A DNA stretch of 64,000 bases from an uncultured Nitrososphaerota archaeon (GCA_963842885.1 CAWJIE010000005.1:416001-480000), one strand, 5' to 3'; counted from the first letter of the stretch, positions 34,115 to 44,417 are shown. The notes: generated from the sequence alone by a model not told the origin. Translations and numbers: made by a program.

Positions 34115-35374
34115 TTGCCAGCCAACGTGGTCAGGATCCCTTTCGATGAGGCTGTCACAAGGCTGACTTCTGTTCTGAGGGTGCGGAAGCCCAAGGACAT
34201 CCCCGTGATTGATGCCCTCGGATGTTCCCTCTCCAGCAACATTGTCGCCGACTGGCACCTCCCCAGGTTCGATGTCAGTCACATGGACGGTTACGCGGTC
34301 AGGTCCGCGGATCTTGCAGGCGCTTCTAAGGAGTCTCCTGTCGTGCTCAGAGTCGAGGGGATGTCGCGCCCCGACGGCATGGGGCCATCTGCGCTTGAAG
34401 CCAAAACATGCGTGCGTGTGTTAACCGGAGGCCGCATTCCCTTTGGGTCCGACGCTGTGGTCGCCCAGGAGGCCGTCCAGAGAAACGGGGACAGGGTGTG
34501 TTTCAGTGAAAGGGTCGAGCCGAGGTCGTACATCCACGGCGCTGGCTCGGACGTCCGGGAAGGCACGCTGCTCTTTCGCCGAGGCCATGTTCTCAATGCC
34601 CGTGACGTCAGCTTCCTTCTGGCCTTCGGGCTGGCCTCCATTTCAGTTGGGCCCAGGTTCAGGGTCGGCGTGTTCGCCTCTGGCAGCGAGCTCATAGAAG
34701 GTGTCACCGGGCCCGTCGAGGGGAAGGTCGTCGAGACCAACAGGATGGTCCTGACCGAGGTTATCCATGCGTGCGGGTTCCTCGTCGAAGACCTAGGCTT
34801 ATCGAAGGACGACACCGAGGAGATAGCTTCGCATCTAAGGAAGGGACTTGGTCGCTGCGATGTCATCCTGACCACTGGCGGATCCTCAGTAAGCGAAGCT
34901 GATCTTGTTCCGGATGCGCTGAGGCTGCTGGGTGGGGTTGAAGTCTTCCATGGTCTTCTTCTAAGACCTTCTCGGACCCTCGGGGCATTCCTCCTTGGAG
35001 ACGTGCCGGTGTTCTTGCTTTCTGGCCTGATTCAGGGAGCTGTGAGCGCGTTTTTCAACATGGTTTACCCCGCCCTCAGGTATATGGATGGCCAGGGTTG
35101 GGAGCTCCTTCCTGGTGTCAAGGCTGTCCTCTCCAAGGGCCTGGACAAGCGCGAGGGAGACAAGTTCAGGCTTGTGACGTGGGTGCGCCTAACCGCAGAA
35201 CAGGGAAGGCTGATGGCCGAGCCCGTCATGTCGGCGAGCACGTCACGCTTTGTGCTCACCAAGATGAACGGCTTCCTGGTCGGGGACCCGGGGCAGTCGT
35301 TCAAGGAGGGAGACTTGGTCGATGTAAAGCTGCCCCGTGGGTTCGGGTTGGAGGACGCGCTGGGCGGCCGCTAA
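34115..35374 (+). CDS. moeA: Molybdopterin molybdotransferase
   Basis: P.FD.SHMDGYAV, TGG.IP, SGSEL, TTGGSS; TTG start downstream of a TTTTAA box. Confidence 0.92.
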   Translation: MPANVVRIPFDEAVTRLTSVLRVRKPKDIPVIDALGCSLSSNIVADWHLPRFDVSHMDGYAVRSADLAGASKESPVVLRVEGMSRPDGMGPSALEAKTCVRVLTGGRIPFGSDAVVAQEAVQRNGDRVCFSERVEPRSYIHGAGSDVREGTLLFRRGHVLNARDVSFLLAFGLASISVGPRFRVGVFASGSELIEGVTGPVEGKVVETNRMVLTEVIHACGFLVEDLGLSKDDTEEIASHLRKGLGRCDVILTTGGSSVSEADLVPDALRLLGGVEVFHGLLLRPSRTLGAFLLGDVPVFLLSGLIQGAVSAFFNMVYPALRYMDGQGWELLPGVKAVLSKGLDKREGDKFRLVTWVRLTAEQGRLMAEPVMSASTSRFVLTKMNGFLVGDPGQSFKEGDLVDVKLPRGFGLEDALGGR

Positions 35375-35565
35375 CGTCGCAGTCATCTTCAGAACCATAT
35401 CCAAGGACCCATTCGGGCCGCATAAGAGCATGATGTCTCGGGCAAATGACCTCTTCACAGGGTCGTCATCTGGGCATCAGCCAGCTGGAGGCCAGCCCGC
35501 ATGCATGATGGGCGTTCAGAAACGCTTTTATCGGGTGTCTAGGGCATAGACGCAAGAAACTATCA

Positions 35566-36168
35566 ATGCCATATTGTGTGAAGTGTGGAAGACAGATTGG
35601 TGACGAGGTGGTTTACTGTCCAAGCTGCGGGACGCCTGTGGCCGGGAAGGCCGCTCCTTTCGGCGCAGCTGCAGGGCAGCCGTTCGGGTCGAAGCCTGTC
35701 AGCGGCATCGACGCCCTTACCAAAGACCAAGCGGTCCAGGGCTATTGGGTGAGGAGGCTAATCGCATTCCTAATCGACGCGGTGGTGGTCAGCATCGCGT
35801 TCGGGATTCTCGCCGCCATCCTAGTGGTCCCTTCGGTCATAACTGGCCTAATGTCTGGCAATGTCTTCAACATTGGCGCTGTCTTCGGAGCGAGCGCATA
35901 CTCCTTCCTCAACAGCGTCATCCTCGTTCTCTACTTCAGCTTGGCCGAGAGTATCTACGGGACCACCCTGGGCAAGAGCGTCATGAGCCTGAAGGTGACG
36001 ACACTTGAAGGCAGGATGCCAACTCTGGAGCAGGCCCTCATCCGGAACGCCAGCAAGATCAACTGGATTCTCCTCCTCCTCGACGTCATCTTCGGGCTGG
36101 CCACACAGACTGAATACAGGCAGAAGTTAGGCGACAAATACGCAAGGACGATCGTCGTGAGCCGCTAG
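35566..36168 (+). CDS. RDD family membrane protein with N-terminal zinc ribbon
   Basis: YCVKCG...YCPSCG; RRLIAFLID, G.TLGK, Q.LGD. Confidence 0.9.
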   Translation: MPYCVKCGRQIGDEVVYCPSCGTPVAGKAAPFGAAAGQPFGSKPVSGIDALTKDQAVQGYWVRRLIAFLIDAVVVSIAFGILAAILVVPSVITGLMSGNVFNIGAVFGASAYSFLNSVILVLYFSLAESIYGTTLGKSVMSLKVTTLEGRMPTLEQALIRNASKINWILLLLDVIFGLATQTEYRQKLGDKYARTIVVSR

Positions 36169-36212
36169 GTCAGCTCAGTGAAACTGGGCAGCGCCGGGGG
36201 CGTCTCGTGCCC

Positions 36213-36659
36213 TCACCTTGGGTCATAGCATTCATATGGCTTCCCACCGTTGATGTGCTCGACCGCCTTCTCAACGATGGCGTCGGACACCTCGATCCAC
36301 TTGTGGTTCCAGTCCAGATCTGATACGGACATCACGGGTCTGCCCATTTCGTTGAGGGCGATGAACCAGAGTGGCCTGCCGAAGAAGGGCTTCACTATCC
36401 TGACCTCCCACTTATGGCACTTTAGGCGCGCGCCGTTCTCTTCAAAGAAACGGCAGGAGCGGCAGTACCTGGACAGCCATATGATGTCCCTCTGAGGTCT
36501 GTGGACCTTCGTCACCTCTTCGAGGATCCTTTCGTTCTCCTTCTTCGCGAGGTCCAACAGGCGTTGCTTGCCTTCATCGGTCTTCAGGTAGTAGTCGAGG
36601 TTCTTGGTTACCTCTTCGACCCATTCTGGCTTCTCTGGGGGCTCTTCAGAGGTTTCCAA
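36213..36659 (-). CDS. Hypothetical protein with Cys cluster
   Basis: 148-aa ORF, CRSC...C...C. Confidence 0.65.
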   Translation of the reverse strand: METSEEPPEKPEWVEEVTKNLDYYLKTDEGKQRLLDLAKKENERILEEVTKVHRPQRDIIWLSRYCRSCRFFEENGARLKCHKWEVRIVKPFFGRPLWFIALNEMGRPVMSVSDLDWNHKWIEVSDAIVEKAVEHINGGKPYECYDPR

Positions 36660-36808
36660 GTCCGATCGACTTCAACGGTCGCCACATAATTAAACGTATC
36701 ACGCTCTCATTTTCTTCTTTGGCCGACGCGGAACGAGGCGGAACCTCGCCCGCCTTGCAGGGTCTTCATTTAAACAGTTATTAAGGAAAACACGAAAGAT
36801 TACGCAAC

Positions 36809-37879
36809 GTGGAGAAGGGAGACCCTAAGCTCCCCACGAGGGTTCTCAGAGTCGACCCCTTGAACCCCGAGGTTGGGCCCATCCGCATAGCGGCTGAGTA
36901 TATACGCCGAGGCGAAATCGTCGCCTTCCCCACCGAGACGGTCTACGGTCTTGGCGCTGACGCCACCAGCGACTCCGCCGTGCGTAAGGTCTTTGAGGCG
37001 AAGGGGCGCCCGGGAGACAATCCGGTCATCGTGCACATAGCTTCGATGGAGCAGCTGAGGACGGTAGCCAGGGTGGTCGACAAGAGGGCTTATGCCCTGG
37101 CCGACGTTTACTGGCCGGGTCCGCTCACTATGATATTCTCGAAGTCCGATCAGGTGTCATGCGAGGCCACCGGGCATCGGGACACCGTGGCCGTTAGGAT
37201 GCCCGCCCATCCAGTCGCGCTCTCTCTCATCATGATGTCCAGGCGGCCGATCGCGGCACCGAGCGCCAACCTCTCGGGACGACCGAGTCCCACCTTGGCC
37301 GAGCACGTGCTTGGCGATCTCGGGGGGAAGATACCTCTAATCTTGGACGGCGGTGAAACGGCCTTCGGCGTCGAGTCCACCGTACTGAACCTGGCCTCCG
37401 ACCCACCTACGGTCCTCAGGCCGGGTCCTATCACATTGGACGAGCTGGCCGGTGTCATCGGAGAGGTGAAGGTCGTCACGGTGAAGCCAGAGGACGGCGA
37501 AGTCATCCCCGAGGCGCCGGGGATGAAGTATCCGCATTATGCACCCAAGGCGCCCTTGGTGCTCGTGCTGGGGACGCCTAACGGAATGGTGGACAGGATA
37601 TCCGCCCTGGGGCGCGAAGAGCAGGCGAAGGGGCTGAAGGTGGGAGTGCTGGCGACCGAGGAGACGAAGAGGATGTATCCCAAGGATTGGACGGTGATCT
37701 CGGTGGGGACGAGGTTTAACCCCTACTCCATCGCCCACAACCTGTACGTGACGCTCCGTGAGTTCGATCACTCCAAGGTGGACAAGATATACGCTGAAGG
37801 CTTTGAGGAGAAGGGAATCCTGCTTACGGTGATGAACCGGCTTCGCAAGGCTGCCGTGCAGGTCATCGACAGCAAGTGA
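36809..37879 (+). CDS. sua5: L-threonylcarbamoyladenylate synthase Sua5
   Basis: PTETVYGL, KGRP.DNP, PSANLSG, APGMKY.HYAP. Confidence 0.96.
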   Translation: MEKGDPKLPTRVLRVDPLNPEVGPIRIAAEYIRRGEIVAFPTETVYGLGADATSDSAVRKVFEAKGRPGDNPVIVHIASMEQLRTVARVVDKRAYALADVYWPGPLTMIFSKSDQVSCEATGHRDTVAVRMPAHPVALSLIMMSRRPIAAPSANLSGRPSPTLAEHVLGDLGGKIPLILDGGETAFGVESTVLNLASDPPTVLRPGPITLDELAGVIGEVKVVTVKPEDGEVIPEAPGMKYPHYAPKAPLVLVLGTPNGMVDRISALGREEQAKGLKVGVLATEETKRMYPKDWTVISVGTRFNPYSIAHNLYVTLREFDHSKVDKIYAEGFEEKGILLTVMNRLRKAAVQVIDSK

Positions 37880-38053
37880 GTTACTCATTTCCTGAGTTCC
37901 GCCTTCGTCGCCGAAAAGTCAGAAAACAGTTTAGCGGATCGACGCGTCGAGCACGTTGATTGCCTTGCCGCCGGCTGCCCTGATTGTTTTCGGGCAGTTT
38001 TTGGAGGCGGGTCTGGTCAATGCGGTGATTTTGGCCTACCTCCGTTTATCTAG

Positions 38054-38369
38054 CAGGGGAGGCTACGTGGGGGTCCTCTACTGGAGGGTTCGGGCCTGAA
38101 CGAACTGGACAACGCTCTCCTACTGCTCCTGGCCAAGTCCGACAATCCCGAGGGCTTCGAAACTTGCGGGTACAACGCTCTTCTGTACCTGGCCGGTAGG
38201 GCCGTCAAGGTGGGCGTCAGGATCATTCGCGGCACTCTCGAGGGGCTGGTGAACCTTGAACTGACGCCTCTTGCGAGAAAGGAGAACCTCTTCGCCATCG
38301 TCTGCAGGTATCGTGATGCTAGGTCCGAGATAAAGCCCACCAGGGAGTCCTATAGCACGCAGCCTTGAC
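38054..38369 (+). pseudogene. Start-less coding-like frame (hypothetical remnant)
   Basis: Open frame ...LNELDNALLLLLAKSD...STQP* with coding-like codons but no ATG/GTG/TTG near its 5' end. Confidence 0.3.
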
Positions 38370-38464
38370 TGGGCATCATCAATGCGGGCACGGACGAAGG
38401 AAACGAAGACCAGAGACCGGCCTCTCGGCATCGTTGCAACCTTGTAAACGTAAATAAGACCGAC

Positions 38465-38968
38465 TTGCCGCAGTTTTATAGCTTGGCGCGGACGAAGCTG
38501 CGTTTCACTTTGAACGGGAACAAGGTCGCCATCTCCGCCCCCCCAGCGAAGACGCTTCTGAGACTCTTGCGTGAGGACTTCGGCCTCACTGGCGCCAAGC
38601 CTGGCTGTGAGGCGGGCGAATGCGGCGCATGCACGGTCCTCTTGGACGGCCTCCCTGTGACGTCGTGCATGGTGCTCGCTTCCCAGGTGGAGGGACGGGT
38701 TGTGACCACGGTCGAAGGGCTGGAGAGGTCGGGCGAGCTCGACGCGATCAGGCGGTCGTTCGCGTCCGAAGGGGCGGTTCAGTGCGGCTATTGCATACCC
38801 GGCTTCGTCGTGACTTCATATGCCGTTATCAAGTCGAACGAGCTCGGTGGCTTTGCTTCGCTCAGAAAGGAGCTGGAAGGGAACATCTGCCGCTGCGGAG
38901 GGTATCCGAAGATCATGTCGGCCGTCCGGAAGGCGGCCAACGCCTCTGAAGAGAGGAGGAAATCTTGA
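38465..38968 (+). CDS. [2Fe-2S] small subunit of a xanthine dehydrogenase/CoxS family enzyme
   Basis: GCEAGECGACTV, QCGYCIPG, GNICRC. Confidence 0.93.
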   Translation: MPQFYSLARTKLRFTLNGNKVAISAPPAKTLLRLLREDFGLTGAKPGCEAGECGACTVLLDGLPVTSCMVLASQVEGRVVTTVEGLERSGELDAIRRSFASEGAVQCGYCIPGFVVTSYAVIKSNELGGFASLRKELEGNICRCGGYPKIMSAVRKAANASEERRKS

Positions 38969-39836
38969 GATACTCGCAAATAGGGGTCAGCTCCCCACGG
39001 AGCCTCGGCCAAGCGCTCGAGCTCCTTGCCTAGACGTGGCGAAGAATTGCGGGTCATATCGGGGGGCACGGACGTCACCGTCTACCTGAAGGATGGCATC
39101 CTCAAGGAATCTTGCCTTCTGAATTTGAGCAGGCTGAAGGAGTTGGATTACATTCGCGACGAGGGCGGATTCTGTCGCGATAGGCGCGCGTGTCACGTTC
39201 TCCGGGTTGGTGCGGAGCCGAATCGTCCGGCGCTGGGCGCCTCTTCTGTCAGAGGCCGCCGTCGAAGTGGGCTCCCTCCAGATACGAAACCTCGCGACGC
39301 TGGCGGGGAATATTTGCAACGCCTCTCCTGCGGCGGATTCTCTGCCGCCTCTGTACGTCCAAGGCGCGACCGTCGTCCTGACTAGCGCCGAAGGGAAGCG
39401 GGAGCTAACGATGGAGGAGTTCGTGTTGGGTCCCAGGAGGACGGCGCGGAGGCCTGGGGAGCTACTTACAGAGGTCAGGGTCCCCAAGATGGCGTCTGAC
39501 TCTCGCTACTTCTTCAAGAAGCTGGGATTGAGGAGTTCTCAGGCTATTTCGGTGGTTAGCGTTGCGGCCTCTTGGAAAAGGAGGAATGCGAAGATTGCGC
39601 TCGGTGCTGTCGCTCCAACTGTCGTGCGTGCGAGGCAAGCTGAAGCGTTTGTATCTAGATATGGTTTGAGTTTGAAGAGCATTGACGAAGTGTGCTTCCT
39701 AGTGTCGAAGGCCGCCTCCCCCATAGACGACCTCAGAGGGTCAAAGGGTTACAGGCTGGAGGCAATCAGGGCGCTTTCGTTTGAGGGCTTCTATGAACAG
39801 CTCGCAGGAGCGGGGATTGATGCGTGTAAAGCTTGA
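38965..39836 (+). CDS. FAD-binding medium subunit (CoxM/XdhB family), frameshifted near 39030 and 39175
   Basis: SGGTD, QIRNLATLAGN.CNASPAAD, GAVAPT, PIDDLRGS..YR. Confidence 0.9.
39690..39707 (+). repeat. GTGCTTCCTAGT motif copy 1 (intragenic)
   Basis: GTGTGCTTCCTAGTGTCG, identical over 18 bp to the copy at 63128-63145. Confidence 0.9.
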
Positions 39837-40044
39837 ACTGGGGGGTCCCCTCCGCGAGGAGAAGGGCCAGTGGCATTCGCTCAGGCTGTCAGTCGGTTCG
39901 ACTGTCAGCGATGCCCTTCGCAAGGTCGGAGTGACCGAGGAGCTCTACATCGTCGTGATGAGGAACGCGAAGAGGGTGGAGCTTTCCGAAGTCCTCGCCG
40001 AGGGGGACGTCTTAGTGGCTTTTCCACCGGTCGGAGGGGGTTGA
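39820..40044 (+). CDS. MoaD/ThiS/SAMP ubiquitin-like sulfur carrier
   Basis: Beta-grasp size; ends FPPVGGG. Confidence 0.88.
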   Translation: MRVKLELGGPLREEKGQWHSLRLSVGSTVSDALRKVGVTEELYIVVMRNAKRVELSEVLAEGDVLVAFPPVGGG

Positions 40045-42335
40045 GTCTGAAGACGGACAAGAAGTGGATATCACGTTCCCTTCCCCGCATAGACGGCGAG
40101 GGGAAGGTGGACGGGTCCGTCAATTTCTTCTCGGATCTCTATCCGCCCGGTTGCCTTTACGCCAAGACCGTGCGTTCTCCTTTGGCCAGGGCAAGATTGA
40201 CCGGTATCGACACCTCCAAGGCCGAGGCATCGCCGGGAGTGCGTTGCGTTGTGACGCATAGAGACATCCAGGGACTGAACGGCTACGGCGTCTTCTTTAC
40301 TGACGCGCCGGTCCTCTGCTTTTCCGGCGTCAACTACGTGGGAGATCCCGTAGCGCTCGTCGCGGCAGACTCCGAAGATGCGGCGGCCAGAGCCGCGGAG
40401 CTGGTCGAAGTGGGCTACGAGGAGCTCCCAGCAGTCCGTAGTATAGAAGAGGCCTTAGAGCCGGGGGCCCCGGCCTTGCATCCAGAAGGCAACGTCGCAC
40501 GTAGCAACGTAATCAGGAGGGGGAGGTTCGAAAAGGCCGTCAAGGAGGCTCGCCATGTGCTGCGGGGCTTTTATGAGACGCAGAAGCAGAAGCATATGTT
40601 CATAGAGCCTGAGGCGGGGCTCGGCTACGTGGACGGCGGTGGAGTCGTGAACCTCTTCGTCGGGGGCCAGAGCCCGTTCAGGGACGTTCTCCAGGTGGCG
40701 AGGAGCTTGGGGTTACCGAAGGAGAAGGTGAGGGTGGTGAGTTTTCCCATCGGAGGCGCTTTCGGTGGCAAGGACGAGGTCACGGTGCAGATACACCTCG
40801 CTCTCCTCGCCCTGAAGTCTCGGAGACCTGTGAAGCTCATGTGGAGCAGGGAGGAGTCGGGAGCAGCAGGCTTCATGCGGCATGCCTTCAAGCTGGAAAT
40901 GGAGACGGGCTTTGACAGGGATGGCAAGATAGTCGCGAACCGTGCGAAGATTCTTGCGGACACCGGACCCTACCGTTCCTTCGGGCCGGCCGTCCTCGAC
41001 GTGGCCATGGAGACCGTCAACGGACCCTATTTGGTGCCCAACTTCATCATCGATGCGAAGCTGGTCAGGACCAACAACGGCCTCTCAGGGGCTTTCAGGG
41101 GTTTCGGCGCCCCCCAGTCGAACTTCGCCATCGAAGGGCAGATGAGCGCGGCTGCCGAACAGTTCGGTTTCGACAAGGCCGAAGTGAGGAAGAGGAACCT
41201 GTGGAAGGAAGGAAAGGAGGGCAACTTCGGGAAAAAGCTCGTGGACTGCGACGGTCTCGCGGAGTGTCTGAGGCGTGCATCCTCTTCTCAGTTGTGGAAG
41301 TCCAGGGGGAGCCTGAGGTCTAGTAGGCCATGGCTCAAGAGAGGTGTAGGTCTATCCCTAGCCGTGAAGGGTATGGGGTTCGGAACCCTTCCAGACTACC
41401 CGTCAGCGGCCGTCGAAGTCGACCCCCGGGGTCAGGTCACAGTTGGGTTCTCCAACCCAGACTATGGGCAGGGGCTGGTGACGACGAACATGCAGATAGT
41501 TGCGGAAAGGTTGGCTGTCCCTTTGACCTCGGTGCACGTCATCGACGCCGACTCTGGGATGGTGCCCGATACCGGGAGCAGCAGCGCTTCACGAAGCACC
41601 TACACTTCGGGAAACGCCCTTCTGAAGGCCTGCGAGGTGGCCATCTCCGTGCTGAGGGTTGAGGCGGCATCAGAGCTCGGGCTCGGCGTGGATGAGCTTA
41701 CTTATAGCAACGGAAAGTTCATGGGCAAGGGCAGGGAGAAAGACATCTTCAGGCTCGCCAAGTCGATGAGGTTAAGAGGTCTCTCCACCAGATTCGTTGG
41801 GACCTTCGAAGTTCCGCGCCACATGTCCACAGTGAAAGGATCTTTGGAGATACCACACTTGATCTACAACTTCGCGGCACTCGTGGGCGAAGTTGAGGTA
41901 AACACTCTCACTGGCAAGGTGGCGGCTAAGAGATTCATGTTCTTCCCTGACATAGGGAGGGTCCTCAATCCCGTCCTGGCTTCCGCTCAGTGCGACGGAG
42001 GCATTACGCAGGGGCTAGGCTATGCATTAACCGAAGAGCATGTCTACGTCGAAGGAGTCCCAAAGACGACGAACTTCACCACCTACCTCGTGCCCTGTTC
42101 TACGGATTCCCCCGAAGAGATATACACCGAATTCATTACGTCCTGCCTGGACTCGGGTCCGTTCGGAGCCAAGGGCGTGGGTGAGATACCTATCATCCCT
42201 GTGGCGAGCTGCGTGGCTGATGCCGTTTCAGATGCTACCGGGACAAGAATATCTTCCATACCGCTCAAACCCGAAAAAGTCTTGGCCGCGCTGTCCAGGC
42301 AAGCCTCTGAACGCAAGTCGGAACGATGGCCTTGA
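40041..42335 (+). CDS. Molybdopterin-binding large subunit, xanthine dehydrogenase family
   Basis: GGAFGGK, GAFRGFGAPQ, YGQG, SSASRST, GGITQGLG, GAKGVGE. Confidence 0.94.
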   Translation: MSLKTDKKWISRSLPRIDGEGKVDGSVNFFSDLYPPGCLYAKTVRSPLARARLTGIDTSKAEASPGVRCVVTHRDIQGLNGYGVFFTDAPVLCFSGVNYVGDPVALVAADSEDAAARAAELVEVGYEELPAVRSIEEALEPGAPALHPEGNVARSNVIRRGRFEKAVKEARHVLRGFYETQKQKHMFIEPEAGLGYVDGGGVVNLFVGGQSPFRDVLQVARSLGLPKEKVRVVSFPIGGAFGGKDEVTVQIHLALLALKSRRPVKLMWSREESGAAGFMRHAFKLEMETGFDRDGKIVANRAKILADTGPYRSFGPAVLDVAMETVNGPYLVPNFIIDAKLVRTNNGLSGAFRGFGAPQSNFAIEGQMSAAAEQFGFDKAEVRKRNLWKEGKEGNFGKKLVDCDGLAECLRRASSSQLWKSRGSLRSSRPWLKRGVGLSLAVKGMGFGTLPDYPSAAVEVDPRGQVTVGFSNPDYGQGLVTTNMQIVAERLAVPLTSVHVIDADSGMVPDTGSSSASRSTYTSGNALLKACEVAISVLRVEAASELGLGVDELTYSNGKFMGKGREKDIFRLAKSMRLRGLSTRFVGTFEVPRHMSTVKGSLEIPHLIYNFAALVGEVEVNTLTGKVAAKRFMFFPDIGRVLNPVLASAQCDGGITQGLGYALTEEHVYVEGVPKTTNFTTYLVPCSTDSPEEIYTEFITSCLDSGPFGAKGVGEIPIIPVASCVADAVSDATGTRISSIPLKPEKVLAALSRQASERKSERWP

Positions 42336-42453
42336 CGGGTCTTGCATGCCAAGCGTGGGTTCGAATAGCGTAGCGATTTTGGTCGACTTGAGCCCGTCAG
42401 AGCAGTTCTAGGTCCGAAACCGTTGCTCGGTCTTCTACGGGCGACGGCCCCGT

Positions 42454-43068
42454 CTATTTGTAATCTTTTTCGAGTTCGAGTTCTTTGGCGGCTCTTGCGA
42501 AGTCTTCTTGATAGTCTATGTCCAAGAGCGCTCGCTGCGAGGCCGTCTCGACGTAGGTCGTGGTCTCCCTGTATTTCTGGACGACCTCTTTCATCCCGCG
42601 CCTCTCTTCGGATATCTCCATCAGATCGTCAAAGGTAGAGTCGTTGAAGAGGATGGGGTGGCCGCTCCTCCCCTTATATGCAGCCACTACGATATCATTT
42701 TTTGATCTCGCGAACTCGGCTAGGACGATGTCATAGAGACGCGGCTCAGTGAAAGCCATGTCACCGGGGGAGATCACGATCGCCCTCGCCCTGTCCTTCA
42801 GGTATCCCACTCCCGCGCGAATAGATGTGCTCATCCCCTGGAAGTACTCAAGATTGTGCACTTCTTCGAATCGCAAAGCGGAAAGCGCTTCAAGGACTCT
42901 CTCTCTTTCGTGGCCCGTCACGACGACGGTGTACTTGAGGCCCGCTTTCTGCCCGGCGAGGACAACGCGTGCGACGATTGGCACTCCGTCGATTAGTTCG
43001 ATGAGCTTGTTGCGCCCGAAACGGGTGCTAAGACCAGCCGCGAGGACCATCAAATAGATGGGCTTCAA
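42454..43068 (-). CDS. Molybdenum cofactor cytidylyltransferase-like nucleotidyltransferase (MocA/YgfJ)
   Basis: LAAGLSTRFG.NK, GMSTS, GDM, GHP.LF, DID. Confidence 0.88.
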   Translation of the reverse strand: MKPIYLMVLAAGLSTRFGRNKLIELIDGVPIVARVVLAGQKAGLKYTVVVTGHERERVLEALSALRFEEVHNLEYFQGMSTSIRAGVGYLKDRARAIVISPGDMAFTEPRLYDIVLAEFARSKNDIVVAAYKGRSGHPILFNDSTFDDLMEISEERRGMKEVVQKYRETTTYVETASQRALLDIDYQEDFARAAKELELEKDYK

Positions 43069-43103
43069 GCGTAGCCTCTGTTCAAGACTAGACGTATATT
43101 AAT

Positions 43104-43661
43104 ATGCGTGGCCTGCTCGGATCTCTGTGGTTCATCTCCCTCATTGACTTTCTCTCCTCCACCTACAGGAAAGGTTATGCATTGGTGGTGGGGAGGCCTT
43201 CGAACTTCTCATGGCTGGTACCGGAATCCGTGGCGGGAAGTGGATTCCCTAGCGGACATAGAGCCTTTCGCTGGCTTAATGGGAAGGGAATCAGCGTGGT
43301 CTTGAGCCTGACAGACGAGACGATCGACGACCGGTACGCTGGAAAGATAGGCATTAAGGTCTACAGGCTGCCGATGGTTAACATGGAAGCTGCCGACCCC
43401 GAAGCTCTCGATCACGCGGTTGACCTTATGGTGGAGTCGGGCGACAGGAAGGTTCTCGTTCACTGTCTTGCAGGCATGGGCAGGACTGGCATGGTCCTTG
43501 CTGCCTATCTGATCAAGGAAAAGGGGATGAGCACCGATGAAGCGATTAGTGAAGTCAAGAGACTGAGACCTGGGTCTCTCAGAAGGCGCGTCCAGCAGAA
43601 GGCGATGCGTGACTACGAAACCTACCTACTCAAAGTCCGAGGCAACAAGGCGTCCTCCTAG
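43104..43661 (+). CDS. Dual-specificity protein phosphatase
   Basis: VHCLAGMGRTG CX5R motif, RPGS. Confidence 0.9.
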   Translation: MRGLLGSLWFISLIDFLSSTYRKGYALVVGRPSNFSWLVPESVAGSGFPSGHRAFRWLNGKGISVVLSLTDETIDDRYAGKIGIKVYRLPMVNMEAADPEALDHAVDLMVESGDRKVLVHCLAGMGRTGMVLAAYLIKEKGMSTDEAISEVKRLRPGSLRRRVQQKAMRDYETYLLKVRGNKASS

Positions 43662-44417
43662 TTGCACCAGGCCCTGCCTTCGCATTTCCTCAAGAAGGAA
43701 AAGCGCGTCCCTGTGATGTATCGCGGTCTTGGCGGCGACCGCTTTAACCGCTTCATGGAGGTCCTTCCCTTTTACGGCGAGGCCAGCCTCTTCGATTGCC
43801 CGGTGGTCTCTATTCCGTCTGGCGACGGCCTCGTTGCGGGGCCACCTTGTCTCCTCCACCTCCCCATCCGTCGAGACGAATATCCTTCTGGCGGTTTCGC
43901 CGTCTCCGATGGAGCCGACGTAGCTGGCGTAGCTGTGCCTCCTGACGTCCCATATAGCGTCGAACTCATGGGAGGCGTAGGCTGCGGTCACTTGGCCAAC
44001 GATGATGTCGTGGTCGCCCGCCTCCAAAGATGAAACCAGCTTGCATTCCACCACCGCGTCGGCTTCCCGTATGATTCTCACGCCCGACGTCCTTCCTGCG
44101 CCGATGTGGAGGCCGCTCAGGTCCAGCTTGTTGCGCAGGTACCTCTTGGACACGTCCCCGATGAACGCCATCTGCTGGACATAGCGGAAAGGAAGCTTGT
44201 TGACGGCGAAGGACTTGCTCTTCCGGATTAAGGAGTATGAGTACCGCTCCGGCGAAATGGCGACGCCCACCCTGGGGGGGTTGAGAGAGACCGGCGTGAC
44301 CCACACGACCGAGAGGGCGTCTTCGTCCTTCCCCAAGGCCGCGGATATGACATAGACGGGAGCCGGGTAGAAGAGCCGGTAGACTTGGTCCTCGGGCACG
44401 TCCCTGTAGCGAGACAT
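43626..44417 (-). CDS. Flavin reductase family (DIM6/NTAB) protein
   Basis: S..PP...V, F.VN, EC......GDH...VG.V. Confidence 0.85.
   Translation of the reverse strand: MSRYRDVPEDQVYRLFYPAPVYVISAALGKDEDALSVVWVTPVSLNPPRVGVAISPERYSYSLIRKSKSFAVNKLPFRYVQQMAFIGDVSKRYLRNKLDLSGLHIGAGRTSGVRIIREADAVVECKLVSSLEAGDHDIIVGQVTAAYASHEFDAIWDVRRHSYASYVGSIGDGETARRIFVSTDGEVEETRWPRNEAVARRNRDHRAIEEAGLAVKGKDLHEAVKAVAAKTAIHHRDALFLLEEMRRQGLVQLGGRLVASDFE

Noticed and set aside
33954-42352. CTTGCATGCCAA direct repeat bounding moeA-xdh as att sites
   Set aside because: Only 12 bp, no integrase or tRNA, and the interval includes the housekeeping gene sua5.
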